A DNA stretch of 63,966 nt, the filler included, from Reticulomyxa filosa (taxonomy: Eukaryota; Protista; Foraminifera), in assembly GCA_000512085.1 (NCBI GenBank). It is 25 parts of 25 records of this genome, joined end to end, with 100 filler letters (N's around TTAATTAATTAA, not from the genome) between each part and the next. Parts side by side here need not be neighbours in the genome. Positions count along the whole stretch, not along the records: positions 26,384 to 27,825 come from ASPP01041327.1; positions 27,926 to 30,998 come from ASPP01039817.1; positions 31,099 to 33,010 come from ASPP01009990.1; positions 33,111 to 36,136 come from ASPP01029148.1; positions 36,237 to 37,335 come from ASPP01009060.1; positions 37,436 to 40,774 come from ASPP01021650.1; 19 more parts are not named here. The stretch is one strand, 5' to 3'. Positions 26,641-38,892 of the stretch are shown here, piece after piece (within the stretch, counting starts at the first letter, position 1; each line of letters opens with the position of its first letter). The notes below the pieces were generated by a model that worked only from the letters and a program-made list of their open reading frames with translations, ran no database searches and had not been told where the DNA came from. The translations under genes and the position numbers were made by a program.

Positions 26641-26726
26641 GGATCTCAACATTCTGGATCTCAACGTTCTAGATCTCAACGTTCTGGATCTCAATGTTCA
26701 TCTCAGCGTTCTGGATCTCAACGTTC
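26641..26726. repeat. 15-bp tandem repeat, consensus GGATCTCAACGTTCT, about 6 copies
   Basis: Directly visible, with one copy carrying a 3-nt deletion. Confidence 0.9.
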
Positions 26727-27499
26727 TTCTCTCGTTGATCAGGTGCATAGATATGATCAAGGAATATCTTTTTGTACTTATAAAAACGTACATTGTGTTG
26801 GCTATAAAAAAAAACACATGTGAAGGAAGGGAGACCGCGAATTTTTCCAAAAGTAGAACCGGATAATGAACGGCCTGAGAAGTTTGATGATATGGTATAT
26901 TGCATTGAACAAAGGAAAAAAGTTCAAACAACAAACAAGCCCAAATAAAAATCAATAAATAGGAACGAAAAAAACATCAAGGAGAAATGAGTATCTTACA
27001 GCCCATGTCAAGTAAGCCAAATGGACACACATTTATTGGAAATATTTTTTGCACACTTTTTGGTTTGTCATGATGAAAAAGGTGGGTCATGGTCCGCAAC
27101 AAGAAATTGGCAGCAAAAAAAAAAGGTACTCAACACCCTCAAAAAAAAAAAAGAAGGAGTACGTGCAAAAAAAAAAACAACAGAAAAAAAAAAAATGACA
27201 AATAGAAAAAAACAGAATCAGAGAAATTAGGAGGAATAGCTGAAGATGGTGCCCCCCAACAAGGTAAATCAAATAGCCACACGACCATTAGAAACCTTTT
27301 TTTTTTTTTGCACACATTTTTTTTTTTGTCTGTTTCATAATAAGAACAAGCTAAACCAAAGAAGCAGAAAGCCCGGTCAGATTCTGGTCTTATTTCAAAC
27401 GAAACCAAACCTACTTGTACGTAAAAAAAAAAAAAAAACAACTGTGAATTAAGAACCAAAAAAAAAAAAAACTCAATGGGTTGATGGTTTGCCCTTTTT

Positions 27500-27755
27500 T
27501 TGGCCAGCCGGAAAAAAAAAAGTGAACGTACAGTTCATCACTTTGGCAAACGCCAAGGAGATGTTAAATTCAAAGAGGCACAAGACAAAAAAAGCGGATC
27601 AAAAAGTCATACATACACTGCTGAAGAAACTGGATCCCAAAAAACAAACACAAGATCTAGAAGACGAAAAGTCCATCATCACAAATGACGACGAATCGTA
27701 CGAATCATCCGTGTCTATTCAGGAAGAGAATAAATATGCCGAAGAAAACGTTTAA
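27500..27755 (+). CDS. Terminal exon or short hypothetical charged protein
   Basis: KKKVNVQFITLANAKEMLNSK...EENV*. The 5' structure is unclear. Confidence 0.4.
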
Positions 27756-27925
27756 GCACCTCTCTTTAAGATCCCAAAAATAATTCCAAAAAAAAAAAAA
27801 AAAAAATTTTTTTTTTTTTTTTTTTNNNNNNNNNNNNNNNNNNNNNNNNNNNNNNNNNNNNNNNNNNNNTTAATTAATTAANNNNNNNNNNNNNNNNNNN
27901 NNNNNNNNNNNNNNNNNNNNNNNNN

Positions 27926-28093
27926 AGTAAAGATTTAATAAAAAACCAAAGTGATATTTAAAAACTACACGATTTGTAGATATTTTTTTAAAATAAAAAA
28001 AAAATTAGGTCTGAATATTGTTTTTTCATGAAGAAGATTAATCATCTCTATAAGGTGCCGTTTTATGTGTCAACTTTACTTTGCATTCTACTG
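27926..28093 (-). mobile_element. Terminal region/TIR of a Tc1/mariner-like DNA transposon, flanked by TA at 28094-28095
   Basis: The reverse complement reads TA|CAGTAGAATGCAAAGTAAAGTTG... and matches 30884-30998 over about 110 bp. Confidence 0.7.
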
Positions 28094-28199
28094 TATGAAC
28101 ATCATTGTTTGATATCGATATCAATGCAACATACTATCATCAAATACATTTTCGATATTGATTTGGATATATGAACAGTAACATGTTGATTTTTCAGAA

Positions 28200-30881
28200 C
28201 AAGATCAACGGCTTTTATTCAAAAGCCTAACTGCTGGAGCAGAACCTCCACGCAGTTCAACCACATATATGTCTCCTTCAGGAATGCTTCCGGTCAGAGA
28301 CAAACAGATTAGCATCAAGAAATCACTTCCAGAGTTTGTATAACGAATTTTGGAGCGAAACAGGAAGAACTGGTATCATGTGTCGACTAGATCTCCATTC
28401 AACCAAAAAGATATTTGGAACGGATAAAGACAAATTCCAAAAATTATGTTATGAATTGTGTTGGATCGAAATTAGCATTCCATGTGAAAGGAAATCGATA
28501 ATGTTTTGCAGTTTTTACAGAACCAAGACGAAGGCGATCAAAGAATGCCATCAATAAATTGTTTTTGCCTGAATGAATTTAAAAAGAAGTTAAAGAAGCC
28601 AGAAAGATAACTGAATTTATTGTAATCGGTGGAGATTGGAATGCTTATCATTCTGCATGGTTAGATAAAGATATTGATGATTTGGTGAATCTGTGTTGAT
28701 TTCATAAGCAATAACAACATGCAAATTTTAAATTTAAGTTCATTTGATTACATTTATGAAACAAATAGATCTAAGTCATCAATCGACATTACACTTTGTT
28801 CTGAATCAATTGCAAGATGGTGCAGTAGATAGTGACGAATTGGATGTTCATTCATATAATCTTCCAATTACATTCGATATTAAAACACATTGGTCATCCC
28901 CAGAAATAAAGAAGCAGAAAATTGAAACATGTAATTTAAGGATTGACAAATGGAACTTGTATCGACAAATTCTTGGAATGAAACTGTAAGAATGGAAAAA
29001 GAATTTGCAATGGAATCAAAATGATCAACAATCATTAGATTTTGCATTGGAATTTTGGACTAATTGTATAGTGGAATCGGCAAAACAAAGTATTGGAACA
29101 AGTACTATTTGGAAAGAGAACAAGCCTTGGTGGAGCGATTCGCTTCATAGGAAAAGGAAGTCTATCGATTGAAAAGAAAATTTAGAAAGAACATTGCTGA
29201 AATAAATTACAAGAAATACAAAAGAGCATCAATGCAATTGAAAAGGAAATTGAAGCATAAATATTTGATTAAGAGTATTGAATCATTGAAAGGAGAAAAT
29301 ACAAAACAGTTATTTTCTCAATTTAAATCAATGAATTCAAACAAGATTTCAGTTATTCCTACATTGATCGAACCAACATCAGGCACAATTGCAAAGATAG
29401 ATAAAGAAAAAGCAGAAATGTTGGTATTATAGTTCTCTAAACATCCACAACCACCAAGTTATTCTGAAGAAACAAAAGGACGCTATCAATTGGTGGAAGA
29501 TAAAATTACAGCTGTAATTGACACAATAATAGATGAAGAAATGAATTGTTATCCATTATGGGATGAATACCATCAAATGGATATCACTGAAGATGAAGTA
29601 ATTGAAGCGTTGAGATATATCTCATCTCACAAGGCTCAAGGACCAGATAATATTCACAATCAAATGATCAAAAATAGTGGACAAGCATTAATTGATTCAT
29701 TGATTGTATTATTTAATTGGAGCTTGACACAATGTCAAGTAGGATTCCAATCTTGGCACAACACATCAGAATTGTTTTACGGATGACTGAGTCAATTTAT
29801 TCATCATTCGATAACAATGGATATCATATTCTGTATTATTAGATATATCATATATGATAGCGTATGGATAGATGGATTAATGAACAAGATTATATATGAA
29901 TTTGGATTAAAAGGGGGGATGTACTGATGGTTGGATAGCTTTCTCAAAAATCGAATTGGACAAGTAGTATTGAATGGAGTCAGTTCAAGTGAAAGAAAAT
30001 TTGAAGTTGGTGTACCACAAGGATCATCGCTATATCCATTGTTGTTCCTGTTATACATCAACAACATTACGAAATTTGTCAAAGATCCAATTCAATGTGG
30101 GATGTTTGCATATGATGTAGCACTGTGGACATCTATTTATACTAGTGATGAAAATGAAATGAAAAGCGTTGATGTAAACAAGTTTGGATTGTGGGCTTCA
30201 AAATGGAAAATGTTATTGGCTCCAAATAAAACTCAATCGATCACGTTCAAGATGAAGAACAAAAGAAAATATCCAAAGATGAATTAAAATTGAACGGAAA
30301 TAACATTGAAGAAGAGAATCACGTGAAATACTTGGGATTAATTGTTGATCAACAAATTATATTCAAGCAACACAGTAACTACATTTATGGCAAAGCACCA
30401 AAGAAACTTGGATATTTAACATTCCTGTGCTCATATAAAGGAATTCGTCTAAGCCTGTCTGTGTACAATTTATTATATACAACAATTATCAGACTATCTT
30501 TGGAGTATGTATGTGCTTTCTGGAATGGAGCGGCAGAATCTTACAAGAAAAACTTGAAAGAATCCAAAGAATTGCAATGTGTAAGATCATTGGGGTTATG
30601 AATTCCACTGCCTACGACAATATCCACACTAGCATAAATTATTAACGCAGATTGCAAAATTACCACATCCAATTAAATCACCTTTTGATAAATGGATTGA
30701 ACCTACACAAGAAGAAATTTTGAATACATTGGATGAAAGAACGACTGCGATATTTGTTGATGGAAGCTGCAAACCAGATCCAGGACTTGGAGGGGTAGAA
30801 TTAGTCGTCCAAGACACATCTTCATCAAAATGGATATAATTGCAATTTCCTGTCCAAGGAATTACCACTATGATTGGGTGC
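28200..30881 (+). mobile_element. Decayed LINE-type retrotransposon: AP endonuclease, reverse transcriptase, start of RNase H
   Basis: APE: HICLLQEC, FCSFYR, IVIGGDWNAYHSAW. RT: KAQGPDNIHN, GVPQGSSLYPLLFLLYIN, MFAYD (decayed FADD), VKYLGLIVD. RNase H: AIFVDGSCKPDPGLGG. Many stops and frameshifts. Confidence 0.92.
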
Positions 30882-30883
30882 TA

Positions 30884-30998
30884 CAGTAAGTTGCAAAGAA
30901 AACTGAACGCCTAAAACATATCTTATGATGATAATTGATTTTCTCAATGAAAAGTCAACATTTAGACCTAATTTTTTTTTTAAAAATGTCTACAAGTC
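30884..30998 (+). mobile_element. TIR/terminal region of a Tc1/mariner-like element inserted at a TA inside the LINE RNase H
   Basis: TA|CAGTAAGTTGCAAAGAAAACTG... LINE similarity stops abruptly at this TA. Confidence 0.7.
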
Positions 30999-31305
30999 NN
31001 NNNNNNNNNNNNNNNNNNNNNNNNNNNNNNNNNNNNNNNNNNTTAATTAATTAANNNNNNNNNNNNNNNNNNNNNNNNNNNNNNNNNNNNNNNNNNNNTT
31101 CATGATCTACACACGAACTATAACAAATAGATTTATCATGACCAATGTGTCAATTGGTCACGTTTGTGTAGATGTAGAAACAATGAATTTCCAAGTTGTT
31201 TGACTATGAACGGAGAAGGATAAAAATTGGTAATTTCTTTCGTATTGCCGTTGAGACGCAAGGTACAAAACGGCCAAGTGAGAAAACAAATAATGTATAC
31301 GATCT

Positions 31306-32462
31306 CTATTTTAGCATACATTGCTTCTCCCAATGGCCTACTTTATTGCAAAGAGAACAGCGAGAGCGTGGACAGTCGTTCAAAAAGTGGTCTTTTTCCC
31401 ACAATAACGGCACGTCCAATCGTTTTGTAAGCATTGTTCGAACGTATGTCCCTCACTTAAACACGCAGTACAAATTGGATTGGTAGTGCAAAGCATGTCA
31501 TCAATTTCTTTTGAAAACAATTGATTAGCAATCATGACTTCATTTTCAATCATTTGGTTGTATTTGTCCTGGTCAACCCAAGCATTTTGATCGGCCAGAG
31601 GCGAGTGTGTGGAGCGACTGTCATGGACATCATCGGTCGCATTGCTATCGCCAGTGTCATTGTGTGTGATCGTCTCAAAGACAAAGGATGGCCGCAATTG
31701 ACGACAGCTCGTATCGAAACGAGTGCTACCGACACTCTCATTCGTATATGTGCTCGTGCCACTATTTGCAAACTCGGTTGCGCCCATGTGCTTAGAAGGT
31801 GCAACACGGCCGTCACAATTTGGAGGAACAAGCCAATGACGAGGATCGAGGTAATAGTGAGTCGTGTCTGACTTTTGACTACTGCAAGTGCTTAATTGAG
31901 TCTGAGACCCTATTAATGATTCATGCGCCAGTCTCTTTTCCGGCTCTATTGGTTTGTCGCATCTTGTCGATGACTCCCTTTGCATTGTGTGTGCTATCTC
32001 GTCATTATTGTTGTTTACATTCGCTGCTTTTTGTTTTTGCAATGATATCGAGTCTTTCTTCTCTGATACTATTTCGTGAAGCTGTGCTTCTCTTGACATT
32101 CCTTCGTCAATTGCTGGCTTTGGATTTGGATTTGGATTTGGATTTGGCTCTGACGTCGACCTTGTTGGTGCTGAAAACGTTACTGCGACGTCCTCCTCAC
32201 TTGTCATTTCTTTTTCTTCATTTGTCTGACTCGCTTGAGTAGTTGACCGTTTCGTCTTCTTTGCTTCCTTCAACATTTTTGTTCGAGAAACACGTTTCTC
32301 ATAATCCTCTGGACACACAAGTTGCCTGATTTCGTGATTGGTACAGTCTGAATATGAAAATGACATGGGCTCCACAAGAATTGGAGACGCTAAAAATTCC
32401 AGCAATTTGCTGCAATAGGCGTGGTTCGAGACCTCGCTCTGACCAATTCCTTGTTGCAACAT
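31306..32462 (-). CDS. Protein with three C-terminal CCHC zinc knuckles (one frameshift, 5' exon possibly missing)
   Basis: CTACLSEGHTFEQC is in frame. A -1 shift at 31393-31397 gives CRYCGKKDHFLNDC and CSLCNKVGHWEKQC, then MLK*. Confidence 0.8.
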
Positions 32463-35400
32463 CTTTTATTAAAGGGAGTTGTTTTTTTTAAACTTTATTT
32501 GCCTTGTTTCTATTTCAATTAAGTATATAATATTCTAAAAATGCTTCACTAATAATGAGAGCCACCAATGGAAAAACAACTATCATCAAACAAGTAGAAA
32601 TTTTTTTTTTCAATATATGAAAAAGCGTAAGAAGAACAGAATATTGCTTTATTAGAAAAGTGTTAGGGGCAAATGCAAACAAAACACCATGTTCTACTGC
32701 AAATTCAACAACAATACATTCAAAAAAAACATTGCATTCACAAAAGAAAAGCGTGAATAAAATGCTTTTCTTTCACCAAAACTAGTTTCTTGCAATCAAA
32801 AGTGCAACAAGGAACCACACCAAAGAAAAAAACTCTACAAAAACAGTGTTCGGTTCAAACCAAACTCAATAAACAAAAAAAAGTTAACAAATGGCTATTC
32901 TGCACAACAAACAAAAAAATATGCACTTAATCCAAAAATAATCAAAAACAAAAATAAAAATTAAAATTAAAAAAATAAAAAAATTAAGAAGTCTATTTAC
33001 TTTTGGAGACNNNNNNNNNNNNNNNNNNNNNNNNNNNNNNNNNNNNNNNNNNNNTTAATTAATTAANNNNNNNNNNNNNNNNNNNNNNNNNNNNNNNNNN
33101 NNNNNNNNNNGTACCATGCATTGCTGTTTTGCGAGTTTACTAAATGGGCCGCAAACACAACGTATAAAAAACGTCACAAAATTCTCTCAGTTCAAAGGAA
33201 GAGAAAAAATGGAAGTTAAACATACGCTTTGCTTGTCAATCAGCTCTAAGGAATTAACAGGGAATCTGCAGGTTCACCAGAAAAAAAAATAGTTTTTTTT
33301 TTCACACAAAAAAACCAGATTGAAAGCTTTTCTTTTTTTCCTGAAAATTATATTTTTGATTTTTTTTTGCAAAAAAAAAAAGAAAATAAAACTATATACC
33401 ATCAATTTATTTTTGATTGTCAAAGCTAGTGAGGAGACTTTAAAAAAAAATCAAGGGTCAAAAAAAAAAATGATAACGTTCTCTAGTTCTCTTCAGCCAA
33501 CAACAAGGAACTCTTGTTTAGAAGGTTTCATATACTTTCCTTTGGCTTTGCAGATTTTTTGCCAAAATGAATGTAAATCTAGACCAAATTACAAAGAAAC
33601 GAAACGTTTGTTTCAACCAGCGACCAAGCAACTCCAATTAACTCGGGAATAATCTCTCTTATTTTTTTAACAAAGACTAGAGCAAAATTTGGAACATATG
33701 CCGCTTTTATTCCATTTGATGTATGAGAGATTTGCTTGAGAAATCTCTGTCATCGTTTTTCTATTAGCACATTTTCTGTTTGTATTCATGTTGTGAATTT
33801 TTTGTAATGATGAGTAATACAATAAATTGAATTACTTCACACAGAATATCAGTTTCGGTAAATGTGAAAAATTGATTATCGATTTTGCAATTTAGCATTG
33901 CAATAGAAATACATTTTCTTTTAGGTGAGTTTATGCAATGTCTTGCAATACTTTCTTTTGGGATATCATAAGAAAGTTCATATCGATTTGTTTGCGATAA
34001 CCACGGACATTCTTTTTTATGTGTATGATTTTATTTGCTTGCTTCACATGAAATATTGTTAAATGAAAGAATACCTTTTTTCAGATTTTTTGTATTTTAA
34101 TGAAAAACGCTAAGATAGAATGTGATGTGTAATATACGTATGTATGTATATGTGTAAAAAAGAGAATATTGAGGGAAATCCAAAAAAGATATACTGCAAA
34201 TGTATGGAATTTGCAGAAGCGTGAGTCGAGTTTGTAGATCAAAAATGGCAAAGCTAAAGGCGAGAATTTGAATGTTACAAAAGTATTTAGGTAACAGAAT
34301 GGCAAAGGGACATGTGGAATATGAAATATTTGAAATTGTTTAACTAACATCATTTGTTAGAGCATAAAAAGCAAATGTGTATTCTCGGACGCAAAATGTT
34401 TGAAAAAGCCATTTCTGATGCCAAATAAAAACCGTAATACACATTTGTGCCTATTGTTCCTTCATGCAATCTCTTTAATGACAGTGGCAACGTTCATGCA
34501 ATCCTATTTTTTTAAAAGGAGCAAACCATCCAAATGCTTTTTTTTAAATGCACGCTATGCAAATTTTCAATTAGTTGCAGTGCATCATAACATTAATAAC
34601 TCGGAGGTTAATATCGAAAATATTTTTAATAAAAAAAAAAAAGTAATTATAGTCATTTTTGATTATCTAAACTGCTTTCATACATAGAATTTCTTAGCCA
34701 ATCCGGGAATAAAAATCTTATCCTTAAAAACTTTGAAAAGAAGGATTGAAGCAAATGATGTAACATCAAAAAAGAAAAAATCTGGAACTAGACCCTTTTT
34801 AAGGAACTCTTCAACTCATTATTTTTTTGTTTTATATTTTTCAATTCAAAAAAAGATTTTTATTTATTTGTTTACCCAATTTATAATTATGAGTTGTTTT
34901 GTCAATTTAATTATGACAATCTCAAGAAAAAAATAATGACTGTAACACAATCATTCAATGATAGCACAGTTTACTTATATCTGAAGTGTGGAGTGATATG
35001 CAATGCATTCATAAGAAAACGATTTTTTTGTGATATATGTATGGTATTTTTACCATTGAAAAAATAAACAGGAAAAGTTTTGTAATTAGTTGAGAAATAT
35101 TGTCATCAAAAGCTGTCTAAGGAGATTGCCAGTTAATCAGGTTCTTTTGGTTGCTTTTGTGCTGTCAAAGTCCTTGCAACAGCTTTAAGAGTTTCACATG
35201 TCTCATCAAGTTTGTTCCTTCTATTTTTTTTTTTTCTTCTCTTTGATCTTGTTCACACGTTCAACAAAGATTTGTGGTCCAATTGAACCAAAAAAAGTGC
35301 ACCCGTCAAAAATGTTAAAAAAAAAAAAGATAGTAAATAAAAACATATCCAACAAAATCACACAAATAAAAGAAAGTGAAAGTCTAATTCGTAAAAAAAA

Positions 35401-36236
35401 TACAACAATAAAATTAGACAACTGAAAAGGAGCTAGTTCAGTTTTTTTTATTTTTGTATGTTTCATCTCTGTTGTCAACTCTGGTGAAAAAACAAGTAGT
35501 AGTATTTGTGCTTCTTTATACTAATGTCTTGAACAATGTATTTGCCGTTTGTAAAAAGAATCTTAACTAAGTGTCAGACGTTTGAACATCAGTGATATTT
35601 CTGTTCAGCAAATGAAAAATACCTTTTTTATTTATTACGTGGACGACTTGCTATCATTATTTCCACTTAAGGGTAAACTATAATTAGCAACACTCAATAA
35701 TTATGAAGGAATTATTTTTTGGATACACGATATTATTAGTATTCATTGAAAGGCTAGTTGTAGTGCAAATGAGAATATAATTACTGCTTTCAATCAGTAC
35801 ACACAAACAAAAAGAAAAATGTATTCTTTTCAAAAGAACAACAGAATATATTATCATAACCCCGAATACTAATTATATTTTTAATTCGTTGTTATGTTTC
35901 CTTGCAATCACACACAACTCGAAAGAACAGATAGTTATTTTTTGGAAAATGGTCAGTCAACAATTTTAGTGCTTTTCAAATGGAGACAGAAGTTAACAAA
36001 AATATTAAATACTGGCTCCACATTGAGAAATTTAGTTATTAATATGATTTGCACAAATCTTGAATACAAAGACATCTTGCCCATTGTTGAGGATATACAA
36101 TATAAAAATTTTGTACTGATAACAAAAATTTCCATGNNNNNNNNNNNNNNNNNNNNNNNNNNNNNNNNNNNNNNNNNNNNTTAATTAATTAANNNNNNNN
36201 NNNNNNNNNNNNNNNNNNNNNNNNNNNNNNNNNNNN

Positions 36237-36836
36237 CGGCTGGGCCGGCGCTGGCAGATGCGGCTGGGGGCCGGGCTGACGTTCTCGCTACTGTGGCGTT
36301 TCGAGCGCGGGCTGTCCGGCCTGGCTGGCCTGTCGCTGGTGGTGGGCATTGCCATCGTGCGCGCGTTGCAGGAGTTTGGCGCCCCGGTTGCCTTGAAGTG
36401 GCCGAATGATGTGCTGCTGGATGGCCGCAAACTGGCCGGCATCCTCATCGAGCTGTCCGGCGATGCGCTGGGCCCGGCGGCAGTGGTGGTCGGCATCGGC
36501 TTGAATGTGGCCAACCCTGGCGAGGTGGACCAGCCGGTGGCCAACCTGGCCGACGCCGGTATCAAGGTTGGCCGCAATGCCTTGCTGGCCGCGCTGCTGA
36601 ACCAGCTGGCGCAGGTGCTGCAACAGTTTGACCGTGACGGCTTTGCCGCTTTCCGCGACGAATGGCACCAGATGGCCGCCTATCTGCAAGTGCCGGTGCG
36701 CTTGAGCTTCAGCCATGGCGAGCCGGTAGACGGTGAGGCGGTCGGTGTCGATGACAGTGGCGCGTTGCTGGTGGAGACCGCCAGTGGCCGGCGCGTATTC
36801 CACGTGGGCGAAGTCAGCCTGAGGCCGCAAGCGTGA
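36237..36836 (+). CDS. birA: Bacterial biotin--[acetyl-CoA-carboxylase] ligase (5'-partial)
   Basis: Motifs GRRW, LKWPNDVLLDGRKLAGILIE, VVVGIGLNV and GVDDSGALLV...GEVSLR. Confidence 0.96.
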   Translation, partial: RLGRRWQMRLGAGLTFSLLWRFERGLSGLAGLSLVVGIAIVRALQEFGAPVALKWPNDVLLDGRKLAGILIELSGDALGPAAVVVGIGLNVANPGEVDQPVANLADAGIKVGRNALLAALLNQLAQVLQQFDRDGFAAFRDEWHQMAAYLQVPVRLSFSHGEPVDGEAVGVDDSGALLVETASGRRVFHVGEVSLRPQA

Positions 36837-37335
36837 AATTGCTGATCGATGCCGGTAACAGCCGGGTAAAGTGGGCGCTATGGGATGGCTCGGTGCTGTC
36901 CCCGGTTCATGCCTTGCCCCATGCCGAGCTGGACCGCCTGGCCGGACAGTGGGCAGCACTGGCACCTAAGGCCATTCTGGCGGCCAACGTAGCCCATACC
37001 CAGGTAAAGCAAGCGATCGAGGCGCTGGCGCCTGGCGCGGTGCAATGGCAGCGGGCGCAGGTTGCTGCGCAGGGGGTGCGTAATCACTACCGCAACGTCA
37101 ACGAGCAGGGCGCGGACCGCTGGCTGGCGGTGCTGGGTGCCCGCCAGTTGCATGGCGGTGACCTGGTAATCGCCAGTGCCGGCACGGCGTTGACCATCGA
37201 GCTACTGACGGCTGAAGGCGACTATCTGGGCGGCGACATCCTGCCCGGTTATCGCCTGATGTTGCAGGCGCTGGCGCAGAATACTGCCCAGCTCGACCGC
37301 CGGGCCGGCGAGGTATGTGCGTTCCCGCAAGGCAC
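36833..37335 (+). CDS. coaX: Bacterial type III pantothenate kinase (3'-partial)
   Basis: Motifs LLIDAGNSRVKW, GADRW, SAGTALT and YLGGDILPG. GTGA start/stop overlap with birA. Confidence 0.95.
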
Positions 37336-37435
37336 NNNNNNNNNNNNNNNNNNNNNNNNNNNNNNNNNNNNNNNNNNNNTTAATTAATTAANNNNNNNNN
37401 NNNNNNNNNNNNNNNNNNNNNNNNNNNNNNNNNNN

Positions 37436-37880
37436 TTTTTTTTAAAAAATGAAAAAGGATATACGAATGCTAGCTCACTAATGTCAGCACTGAATATATC
37501 TCATGGAACCCTGTAAACATAAACAAGACCAAATATCATGAACCTAGAATTATTAACTGTGCTGGAATGTGAATACTCCGTCCGAACAAACACGTAGAAT
37601 ATGAAGTGTGGACGAGCGGTATCGATCATGGGACAGTCGAGTGATGTGTTTCTCTAATTTGTTTTGAATTCAACATGAATACAAAAACTATACTTTGTTG
37701 ACTTTTATGTTTATGTTCCAATTGATCTCATTTGCGCTGCAACGATCGCAGTTATCGATTTGGAAAGCGTTGCACCAATTCGGGAAGATATTGTGCTGTT
37801 GATCCAGAAGGTTTGATACATTTATATACGTATATGTATACATATGTATATGTATTTATATGTATACGTACATAAAAATA
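37436..37880 (+). pseudogene. Decayed duplicate of VSR exon 2 with flanking intron ends
   Basis: Near-identical blocks to 40325-40750 (gaaaaaggatatac..gctagctcactaatgtcagcactgaat; gaatatgaagtgtggacgagcggtatcgatc; tattgtgctgttgatccagaaggtttgat), with indels and stops. Confidence 0.9.
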
Positions 37881-38429
37881 AGAGATTTATTGAAACACTA
37901 ATCAAAATGAATCGATTTGGTGCAACTATTAAAATTTATGTAATAAAACATAGTAGCAAATTTGCAATCAAATGAGCACGTTTACATCTTCGCGAAGTTG
38001 ATAGCAAAAAAATGATATGAACTAGACAATGTCTTTATTGATGTAGCAATGCGTGACTTAGTCAATATTATATATCTGCTAATGATGAATTAATAATATA
38101 TTTTATGCTGAAGTCAGACTTCGTGAAACTCTTAGCACGTAGTTTTATGTTGTATTCGTATTCTTTTAAAAAAAGATTATAAAAATACTTATTTAAGTAA
38201 TTTTAAAAAAAATTATAATTGCATATACATGGAAATGCACTTACAAATTATAATAAACAGCTTTGAACTCAATGTTGGTGAATGTAAATATCATTTTGAA
38301 GAAATTAATTTGTGGAAATGTGTAGTGTTAATTGCAATTCGTGCAATGTTCGCTGAATGTTCGAAGTCAAAGAAATTCAATTATACTAATCATTAACATG
38401 AACTACAATATTCATCAACGATTTGCAGT

Positions 38430-38496
38430 TGTATACAAGCTAAATACTAAAAAGCACCTTTTTTTTTTGTTGTACTAGTTTTTTTGCAAACTACTG
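38430..38496 (+). mobile_element. Right end/TIR of a Tc1/mariner-like element, followed by TA
   Basis: tatacaagc...gtactagtttttttgcaaactactg|TA matches 50341-50404. Confidence 0.65.
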
Positions 38497-38559
38497 TATA
38501 TTGTTGAATAAATTCGGAATTTTATAAAGATATTAAAATATGACATGTTAAATCTTGTC

Positions 38560-38892
38560 AATTATTGTAGATAATGAAGATGACTTGTGGCCCCAACAAG
38601 ATAACGCAACACGCCACAAAGCTAAATAAATAATGGATTGATTTAAAGATAATGATATAAAATTAATAAAATTTCTAGAAAATTTCCCAGACTTAAATTA
38701 TATTGAAAAACTTTGTTGGATAATTAAAATAAAATTGTACAAATGTAAAAAAATAAATAACTAACAAGAACTATGGAAAAATTTAGAAGATATTAGAAAA
38801 AATTTAAATTCATTAGTCAAACGCTAGTTGAGCCAACGCTAATAAGGATTGAAGCAGTAATTAATGCCAAAGGAAGACTAACTAAGTGGTAA
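38560..38892 (+). mobile_element. Decayed Tc1-like DDE transposase C-terminal half
   Basis: QQDNATRHKAK, NFPDLNYIEKL (cf. SPDLNPIE), QELWKNL and RIEAVINAKGRLTKW* (cf. R..AVI.AKGG.TKY). Confidence 0.85.

Noticed and set aside
33111-36136. Short ORFs in an AT-rich contig
   Set aside because: No recognisable motif or consistent exon structure.
9883-37335. Horizontal transfer of bacterial genes into the host
   Set aside because: Each bacterial segment fills its own contig, with no host junction and no introns.
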